Positions 1 to 14,290 of a stretch of DNA of 64,000 nt are shown one piece after another. The position numbers were made by a program, and so were the translations under genes. How positions within the stretch are numbered: the first letter of the stretch is position 1; each line of letters opens with the position of its first letter. This DNA comes from Camelus ferus. Lineage: Eukaryota. Location of the stretch: NCBI RefSeq assembly GCF_009834535.1, contig NC_045696.1, forward strand, positions 20,152,001-20,216,000. The letters are read 5' to 3'. The notes below the pieces were generated by a model. It did no database searches. It was not told where the DNA came from and saw only the letters and a list, made by a program, of their open reading frames with translations.

Positions 1-59
1 TCTTTCCTTCTATTTTATCTTTGTCTGCTAAGATTTTTATTTTTCCATAACACCATCCA

Positions 60-250
60 ACAGCTGTTGTCTTGTGACTGGTGAAGTGCACAAACTCTCC
101 CACTTCCTAGTCATGTGAACTTTCTATGCTCAGGTTTCCTCCAGTAAAATGGGGGAGGAGGGAGTTGTAATGCATGTAAGTTAATACGCATATACGAATG
201 TAGCACGGTATCTGATACACAGAAACCGTGTTATGTGTTTTCCATCATTT
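60..250 (+). mobile_element. MIR SINE fragment (old)
   Basis: MIR core-like motifs: 'ccacttcctagtcatgtgaacttt...ctcaggtttcctccagtaaaatgggg' and 'tagcacggtatctgatacacag'. Confidence 0.55.
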
Positions 251-945
251 CCTAATCAAATATTGTTCTTTCCATCTGCAACACTGCTCACATATTATTT
301 AATCTTCAAACTTCTGCCTGGTTAATTTAAACTCTTTTTCCTTTTTTCTTGTTTTCTATTTCTTTTGTGTTTGCCCCTCCCCCTTGTCTTTTGGAACTCA
401 AGTGCAAACAATTGGCTTGATCAAAATCCCTGATTTGTTACACACTAACTTCATTGGTACAGACATGTACATTTATTATTATTAATTATTTTCTTAAAAT
501 ATTTATTTTTATAGTAGGATGAACAGCCACAAATCCACTGCCAAAGATGAGGATGAATTAACATCAGTAATGCTTGTTTATCTGCTGGTTCCACTCCTAT
601 CGCTCTTAAAAGTAATTCCTACTTTGAATTTGAGGCTTACCACACCCTGCTTTATTTTTTTTGTCTATCTATACATATGTAAAATATAGTATTTTACTTA
701 CATTTAAATGTTATATAAAATTGTCTCCTATTAATAGCCTTCTGGGACTTGCTTTCTTGACCCAATATTTGTTACTAATATTCATTTAGGTGGTTCCTTC
801 ATTTTCACAGCTGTGTAACTAACTGTGTACATTTTCTACATTACAGTTACCCACTGGATCAGTGTCTGGGTTGGCTCCAGTATGTTATTCAAACACAATA
901 TTATTCAGTGATCTGACTCTTTAGATGCCTCAGGCACACAGATAT

Positions 946-1472
946 TGAAGCTGTTTTTGAGTACATAACACTGGGCGGATAAGTGGAGGAGATGGAAGAC
1001 GGTCCAGAAGATGGTGCGGTGCCCTCCTCCAGCATAAGGGAGTTTTACTTCTTCTAAATGAGTAAGAAACTGGTTAAAATCCAATAGCCACAACTTCGAG
1101 GTAACATGAGCCAACGTTCATTCTATTATAATTAACATTGCAGTTTAGGCCCCGCCGTGGGTTTTTCTGTGTACACCATAAGTAAGGACATGCGCAAAGG
1201 GGCCAAACATGACTAAGCATTCCGGGGACTAGAGCCGTCAATCCAACAGGAAATCACCTGTAAGCAGGTGTAAGAGAAAGGGCAGACAGAGACCACTGCG
1301 TTTCCCCCGTGGATCAGCCCACCTCCTGTTCTTGGAGGTGTATTTCTCCTTTTCTAAATAAATCTTTTAAAATCCTTCTCTACACAATATACCATCTCCC
1401 AACTGTAAACTTATCTTTAGAGTATGACAAAAACTGAGGTCTTTTCCTTTTTCGGGAGTAACAAACCTAACA
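946..1472 (+). mobile_element. ERV1-type solo LTR
   Basis: TG...CA ends with 4-bp TSD ATAT (942-945 / 1473-1476); an alternative boundary is 952-1463. AATAAA at 1357. Colinear similarity to the LTR at 21003-21578. Confidence 0.75.
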
Positions 1473-1582
1473 ATATAAATGCCAGTTGTTGTTTTTTTTT
1501 CCAAAGTAGTTTATACATTTAATATCAAGAAAACATTTTTAGCCCACAGCCACTCCAATAGTTGTGTTCTCAGATTTTTAAA

Positions 1583-1689
1583 GTTTTTTTTTAATTTTAA
1601 TTTTTTTTAAATGGAAGTAGTGGGGGTTGAACCCAGGACCTCATGCATGCTAAGCAGGCACTCTACCACTGAGCTATTACCCTCCCTCG
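1583..1689 (-). mobile_element. tRNA-Ala-derived SINE (camelid Vic-1-like)
   Basis: Reverse complement has A box TAGCTCAGTGG, B box GGTTCAACCC and an A-rich tail; 11-bp TSD AGATTTTTAAA at 1572-1582 and 1690-1700. Confidence 0.88.
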
Positions 1690-2159
1690 AGATTTTTAAA
1701 TTTAACACAGATGAATAAGTGTAAAACTGAATTTTATTTGTATTTTATTCTCTCTTCCTTTCCATTCCAATACTATAATGACATTTTAAATTCAAATGAC
1801 CCCAATTCTTTCTTGATTTCTGGTACAAAATTGATTTCAAGATTATTTTAGACATGTCTTAAAATTTTCCTTTCAAGTCTTTACTTTGAAATAATTTCCA
1901 CAAGTTGTTTTTCTATTTCCACCAAATAATATCACATATTCCAGATGGACTCCATTGCTTACATTTTTTTCTCCTGTTCACAAAATGTACTACTTTTTCT
2001 TTCTGTGGGTGAAAAGAGTTTTAATGTCTGCCACCTAAAGTCATATCCAGAGCTTATACAGCTGGTAAATTACAGATCACTGTGAGTGCTGAAACATTTG
2101 TTGCCTATGAAAAAAGCCACATGGATCCAAGAGGTTAGTTTATTCACAGTTCCTTCCTT

Positions 2160-2607
2160 TGTTCCTAGTTGGGCTGCACCCCACATGCCTACAAGGCTTG
2201 TACTCGCCCAGCTTCAAGACCAAAGAAAGAGCCTGGAGTCAGTGACACAGACATCAGTGGTTTAATAGATAAAGGGAGTTTACATGTCTGAAGCGTGGTC
2301 CTGGAGTGCCGCCCAACCCTGTGCAGTGGATGACCGGCAAGATAGGGCAGCAGTCTTAGCTCCCAGGGACATGGGGAGGTTAGCAGTTACAGGGGAAACT
2401 GACATCAGGTTAGCTCCCTAGTTACCTGGGAAACCAGCAGAGGGGCACGCCCCTAACCATCCCCTTTGATAAGAACAATCCTTAGCTAGGGCCTGAGGCG
2501 AGAATGTAGGAAGGATAGTGAGTAGGGTGGAGGTGAAGCAGGCACTGGTCTAGCAGGGGATGTACAGGGAGCAAAAGAACAGCCATCGTGAGTGGCCTGA
2601 CCATACA
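2160..2607 (-). mobile_element. ERV solo LTR
   Basis: GC-rich 450-bp island; on the minus strand it begins TGTATGGTCAGGCCACTC and ends ...GGGTGCAGCCCAAC, with an ATTAAA poly(A) signal. No clean TSD. Confidence 0.7.
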
Positions 2608-4189
2608 GTCTTGTAAACAGTCAAAAAAAAATAGCGATTAAGTAAGTTTGGGGCTGCTTGTCTGACAGCACGTGCCAAAACTGTAGGAAACTCCAAATGG
2701 AACATGGCTTATTGCACTGTTCACTGAGAAACCAAGTCCATAGATATCCAAGGGGCTTAGATACATAAAGATTCTCTCTTCCTTATCATTGAATCCCCAC
2801 TTCAGTAGAACTTGATTAGGGATAGTCAGAATCAGATTCACAAATTCTTGCCAAAGCAGCTGGTCCTTGGTCGCTTAGATGTTTGCTCAGCTATTAAAAC
2901 CAGTCAATCAATCATTCATAAAAAAGGTAGCCAGTAGATACCAACCATAAACCACCAAGCTTAAACTCATTTAGCACACATGTATAACCATCTCTAGTAA
3001 TGGATAAGGACCTTTAATCTTTGTATGTAACACTGTTCCCCCAAAGTCACTCCTTATCTATTTCTCAGGGTGCCTGGTTAATTCACCAAAATGTGGAGGT
3101 CTTAGCAAATCAATTAAATAAGGCCTAGTCCTTCACTTCCACGTATCAGAAGGAATTGAGAGGAAAGGGTCTTGTCAGGGAAAACAGGCTTCCTGAAACA
3201 GTAACTAGCAGATTACGTGAATCTATTTGTCTTAAATATCTATCTTCTGAGTTAAGCATGTGGCTTGATATAAGGATAGAATAAAGAAGTGTCTTTAAAT
3301 TCTGAATTCTTCTGGAATCCAGGATTCCGTCACAGAAAATAAAATCAAACTTTTGGGACTGAATGCGCCCTAGAAGGGAAATTAAACATTTTGTGGCAAA
3401 GTACAAGGAATCATGAATCACACTGTGAAATAGCACAAAATGAGGTCATCTTAGTTATCTCACCAAAAAGATACATACAGTCCTTATTTCTGGAGTAAGT
3501 TGCTCTGACCTGGACATTTCCTAAAGTATAGGATGTAAAAACTTCAGCTTTCCAGGCCAAATTGTGATGTCAAGTCATTTTAGCCCTGGGGAAAGTAGAA
3601 CCTTAACCCAGGGAAAATCTGTGTTAAGAAAAAGAAAAAAAGGTATTAAAAAGTGTTTCTGTATCACATGCATTTCTTATGATCACTTTTCTTTTCAATT
3701 TCTGTTTTTCAGAACTTGAATTTATCAAATTTCCCTTTTAAGGCATTTAAAAATAAAAGTTCTTTTCCACATTAAAGTCGTTCAAATATAAATATTGCAT
3801 TTTTACAAGAATGCTTTGCAACATTAAGTACCACTTTTCTTATAGGTTATGTTTCTCAGAATTCCACAAATATTAAAGTAAAAATAGATTGCTGCCTTGT
3901 ACCTTCCATGCTATTTGGGGAGGGGGAATAGAAAGAGAAGAGGACAAATGGAATATCTTTGATTTTAAAAAGATTTTTTTAAAAAAAAATAGGAAGGAAA
4001 TTCCCTGAAATCTTTGTTTTAGAAATTGATATTTCATTCTTCTTTTCAAGTAAACATCGTAAATGCTTTTATCCCAGTTCATATATGGAAACCATTCTAA
4101 CAAATCATTTTCTTGCCTCATTTTAAAGATGTTATGAGTTATATATGAAAGGCCCTCTAAACGAATCAATTGTTTTAGTCAATTCTTGG

Positions 4190-4323
4190 CAGTAGCTCTC
4201 AGCCAGAGCTGTGTGTTTGAATTACTAGGAGTGTTTTAAAAAAATATACTGATGTGTAGATATCAGTGCATTTTAAAATCTCCCTTGGTTATAGAAATAA
4301 GCAGCCAGATTTGAAAAACACTA
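4190..4323. mobile_element. MER5-like hAT-Charlie DNA transposon remnant
   Basis: 'cagtagctctcagcc...tttaaaatctcccttggttat...gcagccagatttgaaaaacact' resembles MER5A/B ends. Confidence 0.55.
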
Positions 4324-4692
4324 CTTCAGGGAAGCCCTAGAAGTAATATAACACTACATTTTAAAATGTGGTATAGAAACAAACATACTTTTAACAACCC
4401 TTGTGAGAATTTATATTTATTTACTTTCTTTAGAACATTGACGTGCATTATAGCAGCTAGAATTTGGATGGGGCTTCACTGGAAAAAATTAAAAATGAAT
4501 ATAGGAGGACAAATCTACATACGGTAGTAAAAGTGAGTTAGGAGGTAGAAGAGGCAGAAAGGAGTGAGGGACAACGACATAATTCCAGGCAAAAATGTCA
4601 AATAGTGGATGCTCATTTTCACTGGTCTCCTATTTTTCCTTTGCAGACTTCTTAGGTTTTGCCCTGCTACTTTGTGTCTTCAAATTTCTTTT

Positions 4693-4834
4693 CTTAAACA
4701 TTTTTGTTTTTTTCTGGAGGAGGTAGTTAATTAGGTTTGTTTGTTTGTTTATTTAAATGGAGGTACTGGGGATTGAACCCAGGACCTCAGGCATGCTAAG
4801 CAAGAGCGCTACCACTGAGCTATACCCTTCCCCA
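4693..4834 (-). mobile_element. tRNA-Ala-derived SINE (camelid Vic-1-like)
   Basis: A/B boxes on the minus strand; tail 'aaacctaattaactacctcc'; perfect 15-bp TSD CTTCAAATTTCTTTT at 4678-4692 and 4835-4849. Confidence 0.9.
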
Positions 4835-5169
4835 CTTCAAATTTCTTTTTGACTTAGTAAAATAGCCCTACAAAATCCACTCCTTGCTTGAGTTCACATG
4901 TTTGAAAAGTTCACTTTTTTACGTCGCCATACATTTCATTAAGATGCCCACATCCTTCTATTTAATTCAAGATATTAGAAGGAAAATAGGTAAGCATACT
5001 AAACTGTACAAAACTGTCAGTCTTTCAACTCCCAGATTATTTATGTTAATAATAGGGAAACTTGTTGTCTTAAAACATAATTGAAAATATTTAAGCTAAG
5101 GTGACCAAAGTTAAAAAAGAAATTGAATTTGGGTGGTTAGAAGATAGTTTGGGTAAAGAATATTTCTTA

Positions 5170-5400
5170 ACTAAAAATATTTATTGACTATTAACTATAT
5201 CCCAGGTACTAAAATAGATAATAATGATACAGAAATGAATAATGAAAGATTGTATTTTAGGAATGGTCCCTGATTTTAGGTCCCTGGATTTAGGAAGTTT
5301 GTAATTTAGTTGGAAAACGATGCAAGTTAACAGCTGGGTTGAATACAGTGTAATGCATTCTGTATTGAAGGTCTTTTAAAAACATTACCTATCACACAGG
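5170..5400 (-). mobile_element. L2 3' end fragment
   Basis: 'aaatatttattgactattaactatatcccaggtact' is the reverse complement of the L2 3' terminus. Confidence 0.5.
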
Positions 5401-5979
5401 AATTCTCTTGGTGGAAGAATTTCAAAGAATATGAATGATTCTTTTATCATACCAGTTAGACAACAGATAACTTTACTTCTACAAATGGGTAAAATAAATG
5501 TTATGCTTGTTTAAAGGAAAGTGATTAATTAATCAAGGACAAATTTTTTTGGATTAAATATTGTTTGATAGTCTGAGAACATGCTTGTTTTAACTCTCCT
5601 AAAATGAGAAGGTAAAATTGAAATATCACATATTTGATAAAGTAATAAAATACATTCATTAAGCACTGTGATTTTTGCCATCGCTGAAGTTTTTTTATGT
5701 TTCCTTCTATAATCCTACATCATGTTTCTACCTTTAATCTTTATACAGATGAATTGTTTGCAGCTGAAAGAGAAATAGAGAAAAATGAAGTACTGAGGGG
5801 AGGGGAGGGAAATAATTTGATGACAGTGGATGATACAGAGACTTTAAACAGAGTGATTTTTGTAGAAGGAATGTGTACTTTTCAGTAAATCTGTGCCTAG
5901 TCGTTAAATTAAAAGGCAGGTTGTCATAATGAGAAAGAATATACCCTATACAGGTAGAGGACTCCAAAAATTCAATTTA

Positions 5980-5980
<1 letters not shown>

Positions 5981-6013
<33 letters not shown>

Positions 6014-6046
6014 CAACAACAACAACAATAATAATAATAATAATAA
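5981..6046. repeat. Compound trinucleotide microsatellite (TAA)n(CAA)n(TAA)n
   Basis: Directly visible. Confidence 0.95.
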
Positions 6047-6500
6047 ATACCTTTTCTATTTTTTGAAGTAGTTTCATAATATTATGTCAGTCAAACATGG
6101 ATACCTTTTGTTGATTATGTGTATATATATATTATACATATACATGTTTCTGTAGATGATTCTAATGTAATCCTTCATTTGATTATGTTTTGGAGTTAAT
6201 TTTCATTTAAAAATTTGATACTTAAAGTAATTGTAATAAGATACAGATTAATATACAGAAAATTCTGGTATTAAAATAAATAAATAATTTTCAAGTTATA
6301 TTCTTATACTTCTTTGGACATAATCACAGGGTTCTCTCAACTGCTTTCTTATCCTATTTACATATTCAGACCTGTTACATGCAATAAGGCAAAATGTCCA
6401 ATGAATCAGATTTTATTTACAGACAATGAAATTCAAATAATAAAATAAATTATCAAAATATTTAGGAGCAAACTTTATGACAGCTTTTGTTAGCTCTGAC

Positions 6501-6790
6501 TGGAACCAAGCAGAACCCTGCAGCCCCCACCTCCCCACCAAATACAAAACCAAACAGTTAATGATGAGGACAATGGAGTCACAGACTCAGTGTCTGATGC
6601 ACATTCCTGAGCTGTTTTACAGATACTGTAACTGCCACCAGAGGGAAAATGCTAACTGTTAATGACCAGACTGTAGACATGCCATCAACTTCTTCATCTT
6701 GAGCAGTGCTGAATCTACTTCTAGCACAATTCCAAGAACTGGCCTCAAGAGAATGGAATGATGTTTGACAATGGAGAATTGAAAGCAGTG
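6501..6790 (+). mobile_element. ERV1-type LTR 5' fragment, same family as 46122-47636
   Basis: Begins TGGAACCAAGCAGAACCCTGC. 6562-6757 aligns closely with 46261-46456 ('gatgaggaca.tggagtcacagactca.tgtctgatgcacattcctgag'). Confidence 0.8.
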
Positions 6791-6849
6791 TGATGAGTTT
6801 TTTATATTCACACACACCTGAGAAACTTACCCTGGTACAATGATACAGG

Positions 6850-7335
6850 CAATCATCTTAGACGGAGAGATCTCCCATGTCCCTTCCCAGTCAACCTTCA
6901 CCATCACAATCCTACAATCAATGGTTGCTTGGATTTTTTAATCCCATCTGCACTTCACATAGATGAAAACATGGAGCATGTAGTCTTTTCACTGTGCCTC
7001 TTAAGCTCAGTGTGTTGCTAAGGGTCGCCTATGTGGTTGCAACTATAGTTTTGCCTTCCCCGTTTTGATGACTCAGTAGGGTTCCATGGTATTGTTGTAT
7101 CACACTCAGTTTATCATTATCCCTTATCCTTGCTGAATATTTGGATTGTTTCCTGCTTGGACTATAATGAAAAAGCATTCTTTTCTATAAATTTTTCTGT
7201 GTGAGATTTTCTTTCTTTTATACACATCTTCATTTCCCTTGGGGACATCATTATTTCCAATTTAGACTGTTTTCAAAGGGGTTAAGAGCTATCTCAATGT
7301 GATTTTAATTTGCATTTCCCTGATAACTAATTTAA
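6850..7335 (-). mobile_element. Old L1 3' fragment (L1M)
   Basis: 'atatttggattgtttcctgcttggactataatgaaaaag' and 'gtgattttaatttgcatttccctgataactaat' are typical L1 3' motifs. Confidence 0.65.
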
Positions 7336-9440
7336 TATTTTAGAGTGATAAGTTAAATGATACACATTTAGTGATGTATGACAGATCAAGCCAGGGTAAG
7401 TTATAGTCATTAAGCACAATTTTTGGCGTCTCATCACTGTCCTTATGGTAGATGACTCTCGGTTGTCAGTATTATAAGATTAGATAATATCTGGAACTGT
7501 AACACCCCACTTGTGTGTAAGAGGAGAGGGTCAGAACAATAAATTAAAGTCACCCGTAGCACTGATGTCGTCATTCTGATGAATTAATTATGGGATAAAT
7601 TACTCCTGTACTTCTTATATTTTAAAATCAACTCCTATTATTTAACTCACTTTTCAACAGGTATCCTGTTACCTGGCATTGAAAGACCTTTAACTTAGGG
7701 AGAACGATGAGAAAGAATGGGACTTAGAGAGACTTCACAGTTTGAGATAGCAAAGTTGTTGTAGCAAATAGAAGGCCGACCATAAGTTAAGAACCAGACC
7801 AAGGACATCTCAGCTACTGCAATGCATTGAGAAGACAATGTTAGAACCAGCCGACATGATGTCTGAACCATATATGTCTCTTTGGATGAACGTAAAGAAA
7901 TATGTTAACCAAATATCAGCAGCAACTCTGTCAATGCACTGATCGTGCATCCATCCATCTTTCTATAATTTTTATCCACCCTGGGAAGAAAGGGATGAAG
8001 GAAAGCTAAGTTAACTGAGAAAACTCTTATTAGACTACTCTTACATTGAATTAACATACTGGTTAGAGTTGACACTCAGAGTGAAGTTCAGGAGAAGAAA
8101 TGAGAACGGTATTTTTGGACACATTTGCATGCTCAGGTTTTCACTTGTGGACGTTCTCCTTTAGTTTCTTTAAGGCCAACTCAAACAAGCACTTAGATTT
8201 ACCTCCTATTTCTAGATCCATCTGTAATGAGATTGACTTAAATTAAATGCACTAGGTGTTGTAACTCAGATGCTGTTACATTTTTGATACCATCATAAAA
8301 AATGCAAACTGCCAAACTTTAGTTCTTATTTGGAATTCAAAGGCCAAAAGGCTCAGGTTTTACATAAAAAAAAAAAAGATTAATGTAAATCCCCATATTG
8401 CCCTTAATACTGTGAAAAAGAATATCCTCTTCCAACTCACCTTTTCATATGTGAATTTCTGCACTTAAAATATAAAAACAGACTCCTTTTTTAAGCTTTG
8501 AAATGGTGATTGCTAAGGATAGATTCTGACACATTCCCAGTAGTTCACAGTTGGCTTACATTAGGCTGGCATTCTGCCCCGACTTCTTGTTACTAAGAAG
8601 GGAAGAAAAGATTGTCTGGAGTTAAACTACTTTTCTTTTCTTCTTCTTCTTTTTTTTTTTTTTTTTTTTAGTTAATAACAGAACTTTTGTTTGATGGCAC
8701 CTGGGATTGTAAGAAATTGTCAACTGACTCTTGAGTCGTTCCTGGTACAGACTCATTGACAATCAGCAGAGGATACACAAACCCTTCTGGACTAAAAGCT
8801 CTGAGTTAATTTAGTTGAAACTAAGTTATTCATTATCAAAGACTTGTTTAAAATGGAGTGATATCAACTTGGAATTGTACTGAAAGGAATACGTGAGGTC
8901 ACCTATTAGCAGCAACGTCAAGAGCCCTAAAGATTTTACAAAAATATAATTTCTCTGATTTCATCTTTCCTCCTTCCTCTTGGTGAAGGTCTCCTCTTTG
9001 CCTTTTTTCTTACACACATGTCCTTCCTGTTTTCTCCCTCTTTCTTCTTCTGACTTTCCTGGAAATCCTCTGTGTTTCGCATAATTTCCTGAATATCTGC
9101 ATTCATTCTCCTTTATTTTGTTTTCCATTGATAGGTTCCTCTTGCTCCTTAGTGAGTCATACTCAACCAGAGCTGGAATCCAGAAAAGATGTATGTCAGT
9201 AAACTAACATGTGTGGTCCGCTGATATAAATAAGGAATTATTTGGTCATCACAGCTTTACAGTAGGAAATGTACAAGTAGAAAAACCAATTGATTACACG
9301 ATGTAACAGTGATATCCCAATAGCCTATGAATAAAAACCCTGAGATATTTTTGAAATTAACATGAGAGAGAAAAACTGGAAGAAGAGATGTGTTAATAGT
9401 ATTTTCACTATTAAATTTGCAGAGTTTAAGACTTTTTAAA

Positions 9441-9643
9441 AGTTTTCTTTTAATTGAAGAATAGTTGATTGAAAATGTGTTAATTTCTGGTGTACATCCT
9501 AGTGATTCAGTTGTACATATATATTTCTTTTCATATTATTTTTCATTATAAGTTATTACAAGATATTAAATAAATATAGTTCCATGTGCTATACAGTAGG
9601 GCCTCGCTGTTTATCTATTTTATATATAGTGCTTAGTACATGC
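9441..9643 (-). mobile_element. 5'-truncated L1 3' end (artiodactyl/camelid-type)
   Basis: 'ttttaattgaagaatagttgatt...tgtgctatacagtagg'; 15-bp TSD TTAAGACT(T/A)TTTAAA at 9426-9440 and 9644-9658. Confidence 0.85.
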
Positions 9644-12600
9644 TTAAGACTATTTAAATAATGGAAAGCTAGATTGTGTCCAATAATAAGATCAAAATTT
9701 GACTCAGAGCCTAAAATAAAATGGACCTATCTTGAAAATAAACCAGAGTGTCAACAAAAAATTTACCTCAATGCTTTCTACACTATATACATTTCATTTA
9801 TCTTTATTTAGAAGCAAGTATTGATACTATATCAATAACTGCCAAATGAGATGATCAATCCTTCGAAAAGTGATGGTGTAATGCCATAAAGACATTCTAT
9901 AATAGGTTGAAATCCAAAAGGAATAGCGGTTCATACATAAAAAGTGAAGAAACTTAGAAGTATTTCAAATTCCCTAGCATTCAACTTCTGATATTCTCAG
10001 TTCAAGTAGAGGATAAACTATTCCACCAGTTAGTTATACAACAAAAATAACTGGAGATCAAATTACAAAACATTTACTAATAATCTATTATTTTCAAGGC
10101 ATTATAATATGTGTTATAAGAAATATTAAAGATTGGGGATATCAAATACAAATAATGACACAATAATTTGATAATACAGAAATTTCATTATTCAGTACAT
10201 GAGTATTTCTGAGAGTGGTGAGGCAGAAAAGATGAGTTTTGATATAAAGGCTAGGGGAATCACTGTGAACTGGCTGATCAGATATTTCAGAACTGACCAA
10301 GTCTATCTTATTGATTCTTACTAAAATTATCTTCATGAAATGAAAATGAGATTGCTTATTATAGTTTGAGGTGTCTCAGTCCAAGGGAGTTCACTCAGTG
10401 CAGTTTTTAGCATTGCAAAAGGAGAGTTAGACTTTAGGTCTTCTATATTTTGAAGGTGAATTCGAAAACAAACAAACAAATCTAAAAGTGGATTGGATGA
10501 TCCACTTCTTGAGTGTTCTGTTTTCATCCATGAGAAGGGTTTTTCTATAAATCCTCCTGCTTGCTTCCATACCCCCCATTCCTTAATATTTCTTCAGGAG
10601 TAGGATATGTTAACCAGTAGGGGTCAGAGTCTTCATCCAAATTTCTTAACTTGCTGAAGTCAGGGACATTCCCACTAACCTCACCCCACTACCCTGTGCA
10701 CACACACACTCCAGAACCCAGAACAGGTAGGAAGCAGCAACACAGGTAGATAATGTCTGTTCTACACAATGTCAGACATTCCTTTGCATGAGCTATTTCA
10801 AGAATAATAAGAAGCAGGAAAATCATTTTTTATCTCAAATAAGCTTGATCTTTATCAATTAAACAAAACAAAAGCATATGACAACTCTACATTTGCTAAT
10901 TCTTTGTTGCTTCTCAACTGATTTCAAACTTGGTGGGAAAGAGTGATTCTTTACATTTTATATTGTGATTCAAAATTGTAATAAAATTTTAATCCATATA
11001 TTTAATTCTTACAACTTCCACTGCATTGCCAAAAATACCTTTATTTTCTAACTCTTCCTTTTAATTACTTTTTGATTTAGAAATCAAATACCTATTTATA
11101 AAATTGAATTGTCAATTCTTACTATCAGAAAGTATATTTTTTTCTGATTTTATCAGAAATCATTTCAGTTCCTACTTGAAAGGCTAACATATTTATTATA
11201 TACAAAAGAAATAATGTAACTAAATTCATTCCACTAACATGGTTCACCTAATACCAAATATCATCACAAAAGTATCTGCGTGCACTTAAAATTGGCTAAA
11301 CAAAGCAGATAAATGGAAATATAAGAGAAACAATGAAAAATATTTCAGGTGTCAATTGAAATGAGGTTGGTCTTGGGTAAAGTGGCTGAAGAGCTAAAAT
11401 TGACTTATCCTTCCCATCAAGAGGAAACTATCTACTTTTCAGTAAAAGAAAATCAAGATTTTTCAATATATATTGGGGGCTGGGTGAGAAGGACCAATAT
11501 TTTCCTTCAAAAAAAAATCTAGAAGTGGTTGTATGCTTATATTGTATATCGTAATAAAAATGGTATTTTAAATAATATAACATCAGAAACTATTAATGTA
11601 GTATTTCAATTCATAAAATAGATTATATTGCAATTATGCCATTATTTCTTTGCATGCTGCCTAAGTCTCTTCTTTCCTTCCTGCCTTCCTTCTGTCCTTT
11701 CCTCTTTCTTTTATCTTAAACATGAGGATAATAATTCCTAGGTCATAGAGATATTTTGAAAATCGAATGAAAAACTATACAAATACAGTGCTTAGAATAT
11801 ACTTGGCTCCCAGTACATGGTAGCTTATTACAATTATCTTAAATAGTAACACATACTTAAATCTATTGTTTCAGTTATTAAAAAAAATATGTAAGATGTT
11901 TATCTAAAAAGAAATAAAATCCCAGCAGGTTATTTCTTACTAACTCCATATGGCAAATGCCCTGAATCACAAGAATTGATAGCCCTTGAGATTTTATTTC
12001 TAATTTGTAGATTTTAGGTGGTACCATTTACATGTCAATCTCTATTACCTGTGCTTTTAATATAGCTGTGGATGTTTCTACTAAGTTTTCTCATTCTGTT
12101 GTCTGCACACTATCATTTTCACAGAACTATGAAAATGAAACTTAAAATGTAAGGAAAGTGAGATGGCTACGTTTTTAACATGTTTATGATACCACGGTGG
12201 TGGTATAAATCACAGGGAATAATCTCTGGCACTATTTTGTGTTCCTTTCTTCAACACTGTGTGTACAATAGTCTGCTGAAATCTTATCAGGAAGTTGTAA
12301 AATTCAGCATTCTGACAAAGCGTTTGTGCTTTAATTTTTATTTGATGCAAAAGATGGTAGGCATACAACAGTAGCATTAAATCTAATAGCATTTTAAATA
12401 TTTTTTCACCAAGTTAAATATATGAAGTTGTGAACTATCAGATTATTTTGCGCACATCAGTAGTTCCTAATGAACTCAGTGGTTATTCATAAACCTAGAT
12501 GTAATTAGGTTAGAGACACGGAGGCTTAGGATCCCACATGTATTTTAGAGAAATATGTATTCTTCATATTACCATTTAATGTAATGAAATGATGTAGCTA

Positions 12601-13229
12601 AACCAAGTAACATAATAAAAAATACTCCGAACTATTTAACACTCTTGAAATGAAACTTTAAATTATTCTCTGCCTCGCCTTTTTTTTCCCCATTTGTTTC
12701 AAAATCAATTGTATTATTTTAGATAAGTTTGAAGCAGGTATTATTTATTATTCCTATATCACAAATTGAAAAATTAAGGTGGAAACACATTTTCTTTCCC
12801 AATGACACACAGCAAGTTAATGAAACAAAAAATGAAGGAAAAATAAGGAAGAGTTTTTATTGCTCTAGTGCTATTTCGCTTTGCTCATACTGAATCATTT
12901 CATAGGTTTAATGAAAGAAACTCACAAATACCCCTCAGGACTCAACATACAAAAGACTTGCTAAAAATAAAATTATAGTTAGGCATTATTGTTATTAATT
13001 TTAATGTTGAAATTACATTATACATACAGAAGAGTAAAATTTACCTAAATGACATTTTATATATGGAACATTTCAGATGGAAAGAAATTACTTTTAGTCA
13101 AAATTTAAAGATAGCATATCAACATAATTTTACAAATCAATTTAATAATTATACCCAATATTGAGAATAAATTATTTAAAAATTATCTTGTTTTTATCTC
13201 TATAAATTCTATGGCCTGTACCCTTACAA

Positions 13230-14290
13230 AATTGAAGGTCACCTATAACTTCTCCTCTGGTATTAATATTCTTTGGTCACTGAACAACGTGGTCACTCTG
13301 TTCTTGCTGATACCCTTGTCTGTCTTGGTATTTAGGGCCCTGAGCTATCGTGAACTCCCTCATCCTTCTCCTCTTTCTCTTTCTCCTCTTCTCTTTCTTT
13401 TCGGTGGATTATTTTTGACAACTCTGTGAAAATGTGGGTGATTCAACATTGGGCTTTGGGCCATCTGTTCTTTCATTTTCGTACCATCCTTGAGAGCGTA
13501 TCTATTCTCACAGCTTTAGAAATCAATTCTCAAGGGATGATCCTAAATCTTGTCTCACATTCAAATTTCTTTCTACACTCAAAGGCCAAACTTTTGACTT
13601 TCACGAACCCCTTCACCTGGCAGTCTTACCGTCATCCGAAACGCAAGGTGCCTAAAACATAAGTGAAGTCCCTTCTTGATAAATTTTCCTCTCTCATTTA
13701 TCAATTTCCAGATTAACAATTTTCAGGACCATAGTTTTAACTTAATGGCTATTCCATCATTTTTTTCTTGATTGTATCAACTTCAGCATCACAAAGATTT
13801 TTCTGATTTTATACTAACCCCATTTTACAATAAATGCTACAACTGTAGTTAGACCACTTTCCCTGAAACACAAGTGATTAAATAATTTTGTTTCTATCCT
13901 CACTGTGATTACTAATTTTAAAATATAAAACCATTGAGGAGTTCTTAATTGGCTACAAATATGTGCTGATCCATTCATTTTAGGCTCCAGTTCTACCACA
14001 CTTACCATTGTTCTCTATTAAATTATATCTTTCAAGTATATGATCATCATTTTTACAGGGTCCCACCTTATAGAAATTTTACCCTCAGTTCCTTAAAATT
14101 TTAAATAAAATTTTGTTTTACAAAAATTCTAACTACTTACATGCTTTATATCTTCTCTTAATTATTATTTTTAAAATTTTGCATCCCTAGAATGCAAGCT
14201 CTAATAGAGCCGAGATTGCGGTCTATTTTATTCACTTACATTCCCCGTCGCCTTAAAAAAAAGCCTAACACATAGTGGGTATCAAGAACT
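13230..14290 (+). mobile_element. L2 LINE fragment
   Basis: Pyrimidine-rich L2 body with 3' motifs 'ctagaatgcaagctc...ctattttattcact...gcctaacacatagtggg'. Confidence 0.6.

Larger units (their letters stand above)
500..1745 (-). mobile_element. Old L1 (L1M/L1ME-like) 3' fragment, interrupted by an LTR (946-1472) and a SINE (1583-1689)
   Basis: Degenerate L1 3' motifs on both sides of the inserts, e.g. 'gacttgctttcttgacccaatattttg' and 'ttccaaagtagtttatacattt'. Confidence 0.45.

Noticed and set aside
1610..1689. tRNA-Ala-like sequences (also 4758-4834 and 51408-51483) as real tRNA genes
   Set aside because: They have A-rich tails, TSDs and disrupted stems, so they are SINE copies
8441..8458. 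Minus-strand micro-exon candidates (18 nt here; 27 nt at 35274-35300)
   Set aside because: Splice-like signals are present, but the candidates are isolated with no recognisable peptide and are expected by chance in 64 kb
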